In this document: in pieces, positions 12,869 through 25,604 of the stretch | Numbering within the stretch: position 1 is the stretch's first letter | Layout of the letters: each line of letters opens with the position of its first letter | DNA from: Trichinella spiralis | Taxonomy: Eukaryota | Direction: 5' to 3' | Assembly: GCF_000181795.1 (NCBI RefSeq) | Contig: NW_003526945.1 | Location: forward strand, 3,768,108-3,832,107 | Length of the DNA: 64,000 nt | Notes under the pieces: generated by a model | Seen by the model: the letters and a program-made list of their open reading frames with translations, nothing else | Databases searched by the model: none | Told to the model about the DNA's origin: nothing | Program-made: the position numbers and the translations under genes

Positions 12869-14903
12869 TTTGCTGACAGTTATATCATTTATATTCAGAA
12901 AATTAATAAAATTCATTTGTTTTTCACAAAAGCAACGCAATTACAAAAAAATGTACGGGGTACATTTTTTACCCCATTTCCCCATTTCACCGTTTGAAGT
13001 TCAAATCTCACTTGACCTGCGAAGAGTTAAAGACAATCAAACTCACACGCAACCATGTCTTAAGCGCTCAAAATGTTTCCTTGCTGTTTTTAGATCCCAT
13101 TTCAACTGCCGCTTATTCTACATATATTTTTGAGCGCATTATTACTCAAACAAACCAGTTAATGAAAACAAAAATATAATGTGAACAAATGCAAATGTAA
13201 ATCGTGCTAAAATACGGTCCATTTGCTTTAGGATAAATTATCACTTTCTTCTTATCATTTTACTTACATTTGAATGTGCTACGTGTTCAACAATGATTAC
13301 TTTCTTTTTCAGATCTACTTTCAACATATTTAGATTCAAGAGTTATAAATGCCAGAATATTAGGACGTTGAATTAGATGCCATGTAGTTTCCATTTGAGA
13401 AAGTGATCCAAGATCATGACGGACTCGTCGATTAACTTACTAGATAAGGGTCGTTTAAATGAATGCAAAGTTTAGAATAAGTTCAGAATTAACTGTATAG
13501 ACCTGAATGCGGACTGACTTTTCTGCCGTTGAACGAGTAGCAGCAACTCGACATGGCAACTTGTTATCAACGTTAGAACTCTGCACATAATTCCCAAAAC
13601 TAGCGAAGGTGCACTTCCAGTCGCTCCAAATCCACTTCCACTGAAGTTGGACACGTGTCCGAAGCCGTAGTTTGGGGCTATTTTTCAAAGCACGCACAGA
13701 GTGAGGAAAATTCACGTATGAACAATCAAAGGATAACTGCACTACGCAGTACCTCGAATTAAAACGCAACCAATTACAGTGATGTCACCTTACCATAAAA
13801 ATGAATTTTTCAGAGCTGGAATTAATATTAGCCTTGGTCTCTTTAAGGATTATAATTTTCATCTAAGCAAATGCGCTGTTGGACAATACTTGTGTCTCTT
13901 GGTGGATGCTATGCACAAACGTTCTCAGATAAATCATCTTGAAAAATAAATGGAAACATTTCGTTGACACGTCTAAATGTCCAAGCTGGTACAAAAAATT
14001 TTGTGGAAATGTTGCCTAAGTAAAATAATATAAAAATATCAATGAGCCATAGATCTGCGTTGCACAGCTTTTCAGAAAATAATTTCAAGTATTGTATCAA
14101 TATCTGTTGGCCCTTGATCTCTGATACAACAAAGTTCAGATGTTAGATGTTTAGTGCTTAGGAGTCATTTCATCTCATGCAAAATTACTTCACCAAGTAA
14201 TTTTAAGGTACATTAGACCGCTGAGATCTGAAATGAACATACAGCACTGAGCGGTTCTACTCAGGCTTGCAGATTTATGTGGTAAGACATGACTTCCATA
14301 AATACTCCACTCTAAACAGAGGCAAACTTCTAAATCTGCAGTCATTGTAAACAAATACCCTAAAGAGTGGAAGATAAAAATAGTATCAGGATGAAGTAAG
14401 CAGACCACATTATACCAGTATTATGATAATAGTTTAATGGAACGATAGGAAAAGAGTATTTCACAGTTTTTACAAAACAAATTGATGGGTTCTATTAATA
14501 AGTTGATAATACCGCATGGCTTGACTTGGTTCTTAGAATGATGTCAGATCTTCGAATCAAAAGTGGCATGATCTGACATTGAAAGGAAAGAATAATGAAA
14601 CGCAAATAACCTTAATTCATCAACATTGTAGTTACTGCGATTATGATATAGTGATGATGCTTTGAAGCTAGCGTAGTCACTTGGTTTCACAGAGGTTAAT
14701 AAATCTCAGAGCCAGTGAAAAGCAGGCCTGATCATTTCTGGCGGACAGCATCAACTTGTTCAAATAGCGAGACAGTCAAAAAATACATTTTCCATGGCAG
14801 CTAAACATTAAATGATTAGGCAACAATAATGGATAAAAAATTCATTTTTTTAAATAAAACGCTTAGTTCAAACTTTTGGTCCGCCATATTATGAGTCATC
14901 GTT

Positions 14904-17195
14904 TTAAGCTAACTCTTCTAAAAACAGTGGATTTGTGTATGTCGCTTCAGTTAATGACGGAAAAGAAGTCGAATCATTTAAAACAAGAGTATTATCCGCT
15001 GTGGATATTGAAGCATTAATATTCTTCTAAAAAGCAATAGCGCTTGTTTAATGTGCTGCAAAATTAGTTGAACATGTAGAAATGCTGAATATGCTGCATT
15101 ATTGATAAATTTAATTCATGAAAATTATTATGCATGCAATTTTTGAAAATAAAAAAATACGCATTTTTAATATAAAATTTAATAACAATATTATATAACA
15201 TATTTTAACTAAATAAATTAGAATGACAACATTATTACTGATGCTTTTAATTTAATATTAATATTTTATTTTATTAATTATATCGATGTTTCATGTGAGG
15301 ATTTTTTTCAGATTTTCTAAAAGTGGACTCACCTTTGCAATTAAGTTAATTAAGATGCAGTGGAATTCATTCCATTTGTCACAGTTATCAACGATATTAG
15401 TCATCAAAAAATTCGGAAAACTGACCACATTTACACCTTCAGTGCTCAACGCAAATGCACAGTAAAGATACCGCAATGGAATTATTTTGCTTCCCACAAT
15501 TCGTGCTCTGTATTAAAACATAGAAAGACATTAAAATATTAATAACAAAATAACACTTTGCATCTTACACAATTCGAACAATTCTTCGATAGCAGAGAGA
15601 GGGAAATGCGTGCAAAAGAAACGAAATTCCCAATCGCGCAAAAGTAATTCCATTTGATTCAATAGCATTAGAAAGCTGACAAATGTTACCATTCCTAATA
15701 AAATTCTGCTTTTAGTAAAACATTTTACAAAGCTATCGTAAAAATAGCATTCAGTGAATTAATAATAACATTTACTTTAATGCTACAGTGAATTCGTGGA
15801 AGAACATAAGATCATAAGTTTCTAAGAGCTTCTTTGATGGAACTTTGCCAAGGAAAATGCCTGTTGGAATCAAATACTTCAATATAATTTTACGCACCCT
15901 CGGATACTGCTCAGGAACATGTTTCAAAGCAAAGGTAAAACATTCTTCAGCTAAATAAAAGTTTTATGAAAGATTTAGATTTGCAATCATTTCAAGTACA
16001 CACATACCCTCTTTGAAATTCCACTTTAATAGGGAAAGTTGTCCACAATAACATTTGTACTTAACTTTATCGGCATTATCAGCTATGTCAAATAATGAAT
16101 TATTTTTCATAATAAATTCAATGCATTCGTTGCAATCATCAATTTGACCGAGCTAAAACAAAATATGTGACATGTTTCTACAGATAGTATTGAAATAGAA
16201 ACCTTGAAATAAAGCTCGCATAGGCAATTTAAAAGGCTTAATAAGCCTATTTCTTTTGAATTCATAGCATGGGTTTGTCTAAATTTTCAATTTAATTTAC
16301 ATTTTAAAAATAAAAGCTCTTTATAACTTACAAGTCCGCTTGACATAATTTGTAACACTGTAGAATTACATCTGCTGCTTCCTGGAATATAGCTTTAATC
16401 TTTACCTGATCATTCGACGCTCTACGTGCCAACTTAAAAATTTGAAAAGTTGTAAAAAGTTAAAAAAATGAGGAGTATAAAAAAGTATAATTGAATACTT
16501 ACCAATTTTGCTAATACAACCAAATTCTTGCTAAACTGGCAACAAAATGGCATAAACCAATTTTCATTCTTTATTACTTGTAAAACTGTACTGTTAAAAG
16601 CTCTGATAAATCAAATAAACTAAGTATATTGCAACAAGTTGTGATCATCTCAAGTTAACTTACTTTACTAATTCCAGCTGCTGATGAAAACCATTAGAGT
16701 AGCTCTTAAATGCGTGAAAAAATACAACACTAAAACAAATAAATTAATAACTCTTTTAATTTGATAACATTATACTTCAAATGCATATTGAATATATAAT
16801 CGAATGGGTTATGAAAATATTGTTTTGCAACAGCATCAATTGAAACTTCTTCATAATTGTGCAAAAAGCTATATTCGCGTTGAAAAGATAAATGCTTCTA
16901 TAAAATACACGATGGATTATTTAGACAAAAATTAGAATAAACAACCGTACCTTTATCTGTTTTCCGTACTCAGTTGTTCCACCCTGACCCCATTCTGAAA
17001 TCTGTTGTAAAATTCAAAGATATTATATAATTTTTTAAAATAAAGTTGAAACAATTAATTTGTCTTATGAACATTGGAAATCTATTAATGAAATTGTTTT
17101 TTTTCTAGCTAATTAACAAAGAATCAAATTCATGAATATCATACCTGCCTCAAAAATGCTTTTACACTGCTAAAATCAAGTATTTTATTCCGCAT
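14904..17195 (-). CDS. PCID2: PCI domain-containing protein 2 / Thp1 / CSN12-like (436 aa, 12 exons: 17195-17145, 17001-16951, 16897-16776, 16729-16664, 16602-16503, 16432-16332, 16278-16203, 16152-16008, 15950-15776, 15694-15569, 15507-15333, 15026-14904)
   Basis: Eleven phase-consistent GT-AG introns give one open frame. Motifs KNENWFMP, EAADVILQCYKLCQAD, SKEIGLLSLLNCLCELYFK, VKYKCYCGQ, AEECFTFALKH...ILKYLIPTGIFLGKVP and EFHCILINLIAK...ISTADNTLVL....FP follow PCID2 colinearly. Confidence 0.88.
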
Positions 17196-19365
17196 TGCTT
17201 CAAGTAAAAGAAACTTCAGAATGCAAACAGTATTTTAGAAAATGCGCTTGCGTCTTAATGCATCGTGACAGTATCAATATGCAGGTGTCATTTGCATATT
17301 ACAGTATGGTGTGATGCCGTTGAAAGCACTTACATTGTAATAAATATTAAGCAATGCATAAAAACAAATGAACAAAGCCTGGACAAGACAGCACTGCTAA
17401 CTTTTAATTAATAAAATATTTTTTCAATAACTAGGACTTAATAATAGAATATATAATCAGCATTTTACACAGCACTGTTAAGTTGGCTATCAATTTGAAA
17501 TTTTAATACATCTGGAGGGCAGTGTAGTCCACGACTACTCCATAAAATTTCAAACGTACACCTCAAGAATTGGTTTTGTGCAAATAGACGACGCTCCTTA
17601 GATAATGCAACTGAATTATATGACTTATATTCCTAATTACAATAAAAAGTGAGAATAAATTAAGAACCATTTCCTTTGGTTGAATATTTGAGATTAAAAT
17701 TTATTAAAAACGTAAAATTACTGGTAAACTTCTATCTGAAGAATTTTATCCTCAACTTCATTTATGTCGTATGGTAGTCGGTTCTTACCATTCGAATATT
17801 TGCTGTAGTATAGGATTCACGATTACATATCAACAGGTAAGGGTTACTTTAATGTATGAATGAGTGGAATCTGATTCACAGCAAAACATGACTGGCACAA
17901 ACTTGAACAACTTGCATGAAAATCACAATTTAAATGATCTGCTTCAATTTTGTTGAACGGAAATCAAAAGTATTATATACTCATCTGATGGTTTCACGTT
18001 GCAGCAGCATTATGAAACATTTTAAACACTATCTTATACAGACTAGCAATTTAAATTATCACACAAAAGAATAGCGCACATGAACACGCAAACACGCATC
18101 ACAGCAAATTGCTGAAAAGATTATTTGAAACTGAATTTTGCTGTTTACGTTTACTAATTCTCACTTTATTAATATTATCAGGGCTGTGTTGTTCAATGTT
18201 TAATAAATTGACTAATGCTAACATATATTTTTCAAACAATTTAGTTTTCTGTGTTTTTATAAACATTCATAATTATTGTTCTGTGCAGGCTCTCAAACTA
18301 TTGCTGTGCTGAAGTGTATCAGCTCTGTATCTACTTATATACTCCTAACACGTTGAGATAGTAAATGCATGACACTAGCTAGCTCAAAAAGATGCAGCAA
18401 TTTCGCCCCATGCAGGATGCATAGCCAGCTTTCAGTCGTTATGCATCAAATACGGATCACCTAACGTCTGTAAAGGAAACTGGCCTGCAAGTAAGTATTC
18501 CAGCGTAGAATGTGCACATCTATTGTGTCAGAATAAGCGCACGCACTCAGGCAGTCCAATTATATTTAGAAATTGATTTTATTCAATTTGCGCATTAAAA
18601 GTAGAGTAGTGAATACTGTAAATATCAGTATATTATACTTGATTATCTTCCACATACAAAAATTCTTAATCATAGCTGTTTATTTATTCTAACTATTCTA
18701 TTGACTGTATTTTGTCCAATAATGCATGAAGATTCACAGTGTTTCATAAAAATTTATTAGGGAGAGAATTGTGATTCTTTTCATTGCGCAGATGGATACT
18801 TCAAATTCTGCTATATCCGTGACTCTCAGGCGTAAAATATATCCCTATGAACTGTATTAATGAAATGATTTATCTGAAAAAATAAAATTTATTTCTGAAT
18901 TTATAGATTAAATCGCATTATTAGAAGCCAACTTTAAATACACGTGCATCAGACTGCATGATAGCAAAGAAACGATTTTACATCGAGATACCTCATATCT
19001 GCTTAAGAAAAGTCTGTGATAGTGAAATCCAATTCAGATGATCTGCTGATTAAGACTGAACTGTGCAACAGAGAATATCAGTATGGAACTGAAGATGAAG
19101 TAAAACATCTCACACACAATCTATTCCTGAAGAGAACTGTAGGTTTGTCTTTATCAGTGGCTTTATTCACCAACTCTTCGCAGAACACCTCTACTGTTTC
19201 TGTATTTCTTAATTATACTATATTCCATTACTGTGCTCTACCGTACTTTGTTTCTTTAATTAATTTATTCATTTATGCTAAAGGACTTGTTATTATTAGT
19301 TTTACTATCAAACGGAGTATTCAATACGTCGAGATAAGCTAAAATAATAAAAATGAATACTTACA

Positions 19366-20460
19366 TGTAGAAACCACAGATCAGTTCGTCCAATGCGTTA
19401 TTTACTCTTAGATGTATGGTAAATATCAGTGGGAAGCATATATAAAATTTGGGCGCAACAGGAGTGTTGATATTTACGGTTGCACACAGTCCACAGCAAT
19501 CTGAAAATGTTTTTGTGAAGAATTCTTTATGCTAACGTAATAGTGCAGTCATCTGCATTTATCCAATTATATTTTTTGTTAGATGTTGATTTCCATTTGG
19601 TCTGAGAAGACCAACTCTATGAGAAACGGTAGGTTACTCTTATGGATGCATGTTAAATTGTGCTTTGATTCATAACCTGCCAAGTAGTTTCAGATTCTGC
19701 TTTGACCACGTTTTAAGGCGTTTTCTAGTGAAAGGTACGGTGGCTTGGTTCATTAAGAACAATCATTTAAATGATTGGTTGTTAATAATAAAGCATGCTG
19801 ACCCTAAATCAATTTCTACCGCCAATAGATTGCTTTCTACATACTCTGTCACAGAAAATGACTTCATCAGCAGTGCGGTTAGCTTGTTCATAGTACAGCA
19901 ATTGCCTTGATCAAGTTTCACCTCTATTAAGTTGATCATCTGAATTCACGTGTGATTTTCTTTTCTTTGAGACGGGTATTTTCTGCTATTGCAAATCTCT
20001 GCCTGCTCTTTAGTAAAACAAACAAGCTTGACGGGCCTTATCTTTTGGTAAAATTTACATATTTCTCTGGAAAATCTTTGTTTATTCACGTAATCCAATG
20101 CAAACAGCGATGTAAACCTGAAATACTCTTCATCTGAGGCTCTCGATTAGCTGCCTGTCATGCAGCTTACTAGAAGATAGTGATTTTAATTAAATCTGTT
20201 ACAGCTTTGTTAATAGTTAGCTACTGACCAGATTTCTTTCATATTTCAGCGGACACATCAGCCACTGCATCAATCGTTTCTGATAAAAGTATAGTTAGAA
20301 TCAGTTCTGCTAATGTTGTATTTACTCTGCTGTCTCATCTTTGATCCATTCTACCAGTGTGCCCCACATCATGCCATGCTCTGCGTTGCCAAAATTGCAG
20401 TTTTCAAAGAACTTACTCAGCTATGCAACGTTGTGCTTGATGTTCTGAGTGTGAAGCTAC
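19366..20460. mobile_element. Probable heavily degenerate Ty3/Gypsy (K02A2.6-like) LTR-retrotransposon debris
   Basis: Minus-strand peptide NINTPVAPKFYICFPLIFTIHLRVNNALDEL (~19380-19480) resembles the pre-RT pol segment. Plus-strand ISADTSATASIVSDKS (~20243-20290) resembles a retropepsin DTGA motif. No LTRs or intact ORF were seen. Confidence 0.35.
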
Positions 20461-21740
20461 AACGCTTAGACGGCCATAAGTGATGAATCTTTCTTTTCTT
20501 TCCTTTGTAATTGATATAATAATGTTTTGAAAGTAAAACATTAAGGTTCTATTTAAGTTTCTTAAAAATCATTTCTGGCTCATTGAACTTGCAAATTTTG
20601 ATTAAATGTGGCTATTGTCATTTAAATGTGATTTTCATCTGCATCATTATGCGGTACGTTTAATGGCATCAACGCAAGATGAACATTTATCAAATTAAAT
20701 AGCTAACGAACTGATAAACGATGAAGAACTACAATATCTATAAAATGACTTACAGTGCTTTATTCAGAGAGCCACCGCACTTCTGCTGAACGCGTGGAAG
20801 GAACTGATTTTCCTCACATGACGTTATTCCCTTTAACTTACTGTTGGCTTATTTATTTACCTGGAGCAGTTGGATGATTAATATAAAATTTTCTTATCAA
20901 TCTGACGTCGCGCATGCGTCTAGCAACATACGTAATAATGACGAATTGCAATTAACAATATTGCATTTTTGAAAAACAGCTTTCAGCACTGCAAAACATA
21001 AGTTTTCCACTATCTTTAGATGCATTTACTTTTAGTAAAATCTTTAACAAAATTGATTTACTTCAATTAAAAAACTTTTTAAAAAGATATTTTAGCATAT
21101 TTTATCCGTCGTCAATGGTGGACTTGTTACAATAATAATCATTGACGTGCCATTAGCTGTGAAATATAATTAGAAATTGTTCGTGAGATATACGATATTA
21201 TAAAAAACTGCTTCATCAATTTCATTATCAAAGTATGTTGTTGCCTTTCACATAGCATCGCAAAAATGTTTGCTTTTAAATTTTTTCTGATTTCCGGTAT
21301 AAATACAGTTAAACAATCAGAATATATGTTATGCAGTAGAAAGGAGCAAGCACAATTTAATTAAAGAAATGTCCATTGCAATATATTTTCTCTGTTAATT
21401 CAGGAAATGCCTAAAATGTTATCTGTCATTTCATAATCCACCTTCATCGCATTTCCCATCAAATAATTCAAAAGAATTATAAAGCAGTTGTTTTTATGCA
21501 TGGCTTGCTTCTTTTTAATTTTTTAACCAAAAAATGCATATTTTATAAATATACTAATCATCTGATATTGTAGCCTAAAATCATGAGGCATAGTTTTCTA
21601 AAGGCACATACTACTCACCAAAATGCTTTATAAAAAAATTCAGAACCATATTTTTGAAGTAAAATGTCTAAAATGATACCCACACGCATAACAGTAATCA
21701 GTGGTGTTAACTAATAATAATATATTTGGAAGGGGGGTGA

Positions 21741-22023
21741 GGGTAGACCTGATTTCTCCAACGAACTCCGCCTGTTTTTCCACAGTGAATTTCATTGATT
21801 GCTGCTCTGAAGCATGGTGTTCACTTATGATTTTGCATAGCGATTGTCCCCGACGTGTACTATTCGCTTAGGCAATTTGAAGTTAAGCAGTTTTTTCTCT
21901 AGGCAACCTAATCCCATCAAAATGGCAACCAATGAAATTTAGCTGCGTGCATCTGTGTGACAACCAATGAAATTTAGACGAGAGAAAGTAGGCGGAGTTC
22001 GTTGGGGAAATCAGTACTATCCC
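21741..22023. mobile_element. MITE-like element with ~40-bp terminal inverted repeats
   Basis: Left end GGGTAGACCTGATTTCTCCAACGAACTCCGCCTGTTTTTC versus right-end reverse complement GGGATAGTACTGATTTCCCCAACGAACTCCGCCTACTTTCTC. ATATTTGG occurs on both sides (21722-21729, 22024-22031) as a possible 8-bp TSD, although the left copy is offset by 11 nt. Confidence 0.75.
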
Positions 22024-22234
22024 ATATTTGGGAAAACAAATAAAGAGTAACTTCTAAATTGTAATCACCAAAGAATATACTTTTTTGATGTTTGAAATGC
22101 AAAATTCATTTTTCTCAAAATAACATAATGATAAAATTAGTGATGTACTGATAAAAATCTGCCTGAATTTTATTACATTCAAACCTGACTTTCGTAGATA
22201 CTGTAAAATATTACTTGAACCAACTGGAGGTGAA

Positions 22235-25200
22235 ATGGAAAGTGGCGAATGGGGGAAGTTATTTATTCGTTCGGCTCATGCCAGAGCATCACCTTTTGAT
22301 TTAGTATTTGATATTTCATTATTTTCTGATCGTTTGTTGCCAGCTACGACTGATCAGTTGAAGTCGGCGTTTTCTCGTTTTGCGTCTACTGAATGCAGTG
22401 GATCTCGATTTATGACAGCAGAAGATTTTGTTTGCAAGTTCCTATCTCTTCCAGTGGATGCGAAGTTACATTCCGCGACGGTAAAGCTGCTTGCTAGAGC
22501 AGCTGATAAAGATAAAGACGGACTTATTTCTTTTGAAGACTTTTCAGTATGTTATTGAATATATATATATATATATATATATTCTTATTTATTTACAATT
22601 TGTTGAATTTTTTCATGGCACCTTTAACATCATGGTATTAAAAACATTTATACTTTGTTTATTTTAATTATAATTTTAGTAATTTAATCTTATGCTAAAT
22701 TTTTAATAAAGCAATTTCTCATACTAATGTAACTAAAGGTTGTAAAAGAGCGTTATTGTTTTAACAATTTCGAATGTTATCGAAAAAATTTTTAATCCAT
22801 AAAATCTCTTTTCTGAATTCACGTGCAACTGTTTATTCTAAATAATATTGAAGATGTTATATGCAATACTGGTACGCATTACTGATGCAGGTGCTTTGAT
22901 CACTTTCTGTTTTTTATACATCATTCTTTCATTATTATCTCGTAATTTGTTAGTTTTCATAAGACACGTGAAAAGTTAATTTTCTTTTTGCTTTCATTTC
23001 AGTCAATAACTTGTTTGTTAGTGCATTTCGTAACCTTGGAACACAACAGTTGTACAGATAAGCACTGTTTTTGTTTCAGTTGTATGTTGAATTGCATCCA
23101 ATTACATGCATTTTGAATCAGCTTTACACAAGACACTGCTATTAATCCTGTCGATATAATCGATTGAAAGTTTTATTTTTACAGTATGACATATTGATTT
23201 TGAAGTTTAGTGAATTGTTTAGAAAAACATATATTGTACATATACACATGGCATATGAAATTTCAAACTCAGAACTTAAATAATATTGTAAAATTTGATA
23301 GTTGTTAAAAATGCTATTAATTATCAAAAGTTAAAAACAGTTGTCGTTGTCAGGAAGAATTAACATGGCATTTTCCTTTCATGACGTTGCATTTTTAGCA
23401 ATTTGAATCTATGCTGAGAAGTCCGGATGCTTTGTATTTGATAAGTTTTGAGATGTTCAAATCGAGCAATACTCAGCCACCGCAGATTTCATTCCAAGAT
23501 TTCCAAGATGTGGTCTCGCTGACCGAATCTGGCAAACTTTATCCGTTGCAGCTGGATTCGGATTTTGTTGCCCGTTACTTTGGCAAAGATCGACGTCGAC
23601 GAATTGGTTATTTGGATTTTTGTGAACTTTTGCACGACTTCCACAAAGAGCAAGCTCTTGCTGCGTTTCGACATTATGACAAGGACAGTTGTGGCCGAAT
23701 CAACGTTGATCAGTTTTGTCAAATTATGTTCACCGCCAAGAGACATCTATTGAACAATTTCATGGTGGAAAATTTGCGAAAATTTTGCGTTCGAGAGAAC
23801 GTCGATTATGTTTCTTATCCATATTTTGCTGCTTTTAATGGTCTTTTCGAAAAAATGGAACTCATGAAACGCATCTATCTTAATGTATCCAAGGGCAACA
23901 TGCAGACCGCGGTGGGTGTTTTTTTCTTTTACTACTTTTGTTTCATAAAGTTAAAAATGAAAACAATTACCATTATAATTCTGCACTACCATTGAACTCC
24001 ATTCGGACACGGATAGTAACATTTCGCGTTTTACCTGTTATAAAAATTACAGTTGTTCCATTATCGACATTGAATTTAAAGCAACATTTGTCAAATCTGC
24101 TTTCCAGGTGACGAAAGAAGATTTTTTGCACAATGCTCAACCGCACGCGCAGGTTACCCCTCTGGAAGTGGAGATTTTGTTCAAGCTTTGCAAGCTTGCC
24201 CACGCTGACCGATGCGTGGTCACATTTGAAGACTTCGAACATATAGATCCAGATCATTTGAAAAGGGTGAGCTATATTAAACGACTGATGAATATTCAAG
24301 CGGTCAACAATCCAGCCGACCGAGATGCGTTCATTGTTGCTTTGGAGAATGTTTACAGGTTTTTTTTCTTTCTTTTCAAAATTATTATTAACAGGTATAA
24401 TTTTCTTCATTTGCGTCATTGTTTCATTGATTGCAGATTTTCGCTCGGTTCGATTGCCGGCGCCTGTGGTGCCACAGTTGTCTATCCAATCGATTTGGTG
24501 AAAACTCGCATGCAAAATCAACGTACCGCCATTGCACTTGGAGAGGTGATGTACCGAAATTCGTGGGATTGCTTCCGCAAGGTGATTCATCACGAAGGTT
24601 TATTGGGCTTGTATCGTGGCCTGACGCCGCAGTTGATGGGTGTTGCACCCGAAAAAGCGATCAAACTTACAGTGAATGATTTTGTCCGTGACAAATTTAC
24701 CCACGACGGCAATATACCATTCTGGGCAGAAGTGATAGCGGGCGGTTGCGGTGGAGCTTCACAAGTATGCACAGGCGTTTCATTTTTCAAACACTTTTCC
24801 CATCAATAAATCAAATCAAAAGGTTTATTGCTTATTTTTAGGTAATGTTTACCAATCCGGTGGAGATTGTGAAAATTCGGCTTCAAGTGGCTGGTGAGGT
24901 GCGCAACGGCAGTGGATCGCGTGTGGGACTTGGATCCGTCTTACGCGACCTGGGCTTGCGTGGTTTGTACAAAGGAGCATCGGCGTGCTTTTTGCGTGAT
25001 ATTCCATTCTCGGCGATTTATTTTCCACTGTATGCGCACGCTAAACGTTGGCTTGCCGACGCAGATGGCCACAACAATTCTTGGTCGTTGTTCTGCAGTG
25101 CTTTCATAGCCGGAGTGCCGGCAGCAGGTTTATGCACACCGCCGGATGTTGTCAAAACTCGACTGCAAGTAAAAGAAGTTTTTCTCTTTTTTGGTTTTGT

Positions 25201-25604
25201 ACTATATGCATTTGCCTAATCAGTAATTTTTCACGTATTTTAAGGTTGCCGCTCGAACTGGCCAATCGACTTACACCGGAATTGTGGACTGTTTCAAGAA
25301 GGTGCTTCGTGAAGAAGGTTGGCGTGCTTTTTGGAAAGGTTCAGCAGCTCGAGTTTTTCGAAGCAGCCCGCAGTTTGGCGTCACGCTTTTGGTCTATGAA
25401 TTACTTCAGCGTACGTTCTATGTCGACTTCGGCGGCACACGCCCCACTGGATCCGAAGTGCCGGCTGTGACAACTCGTTACGATCATCAGGAAGCGGAGA
25501 ATCCGTATCACTTCGGTGGTTACAAATTGGCTCGGGCAACATTTTCAGGAATTGAAACAAAGTTTGGCCTTTATTTTCCCAAATTTTCCGCCTCTGCAAA
25601 TTGA
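22235..25604 (+). CDS. SLC25A12: Calcium-binding mitochondrial aspartate/glutamate carrier, aralar/citrin family (696 aa, 6 exons: 22235-22546, 23399-23911, 24108-24358, 24437-24764, 24842-25168, 25245-25604)
   Basis: N-terminal EF-hands ([28 protein letters not shown]). Three carrier repeats with PX[DE]XX[KR] signatures ([36 protein letters not shown]). C-terminal [26 protein letters not shown]. Confidence 0.96.

Larger units (their letters stand above)
11091..13026 (+). mobile_element. piggyBac-superfamily DNA transposon, non-autonomous deletion derivative (contains a nested hAT element)
   Basis: TTAA at 11087-11090 and 13027-13030. TIRs CCCTTCTCAGGTCAAGTG and (reverse complement) CTCTTCGCAGGTCAAGTG match 16/18. 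Subterminal GGGGTACATTTT motifs occur near both ends, and a piggyBac transposase C-terminal remnant lies inside. Confidence 0.9.

Noticed and set aside
23973..24593. 206-aa antisense ORF over the aralar gene
   Set aside because: Antisense shadow of conserved carrier exons with no independent signature.
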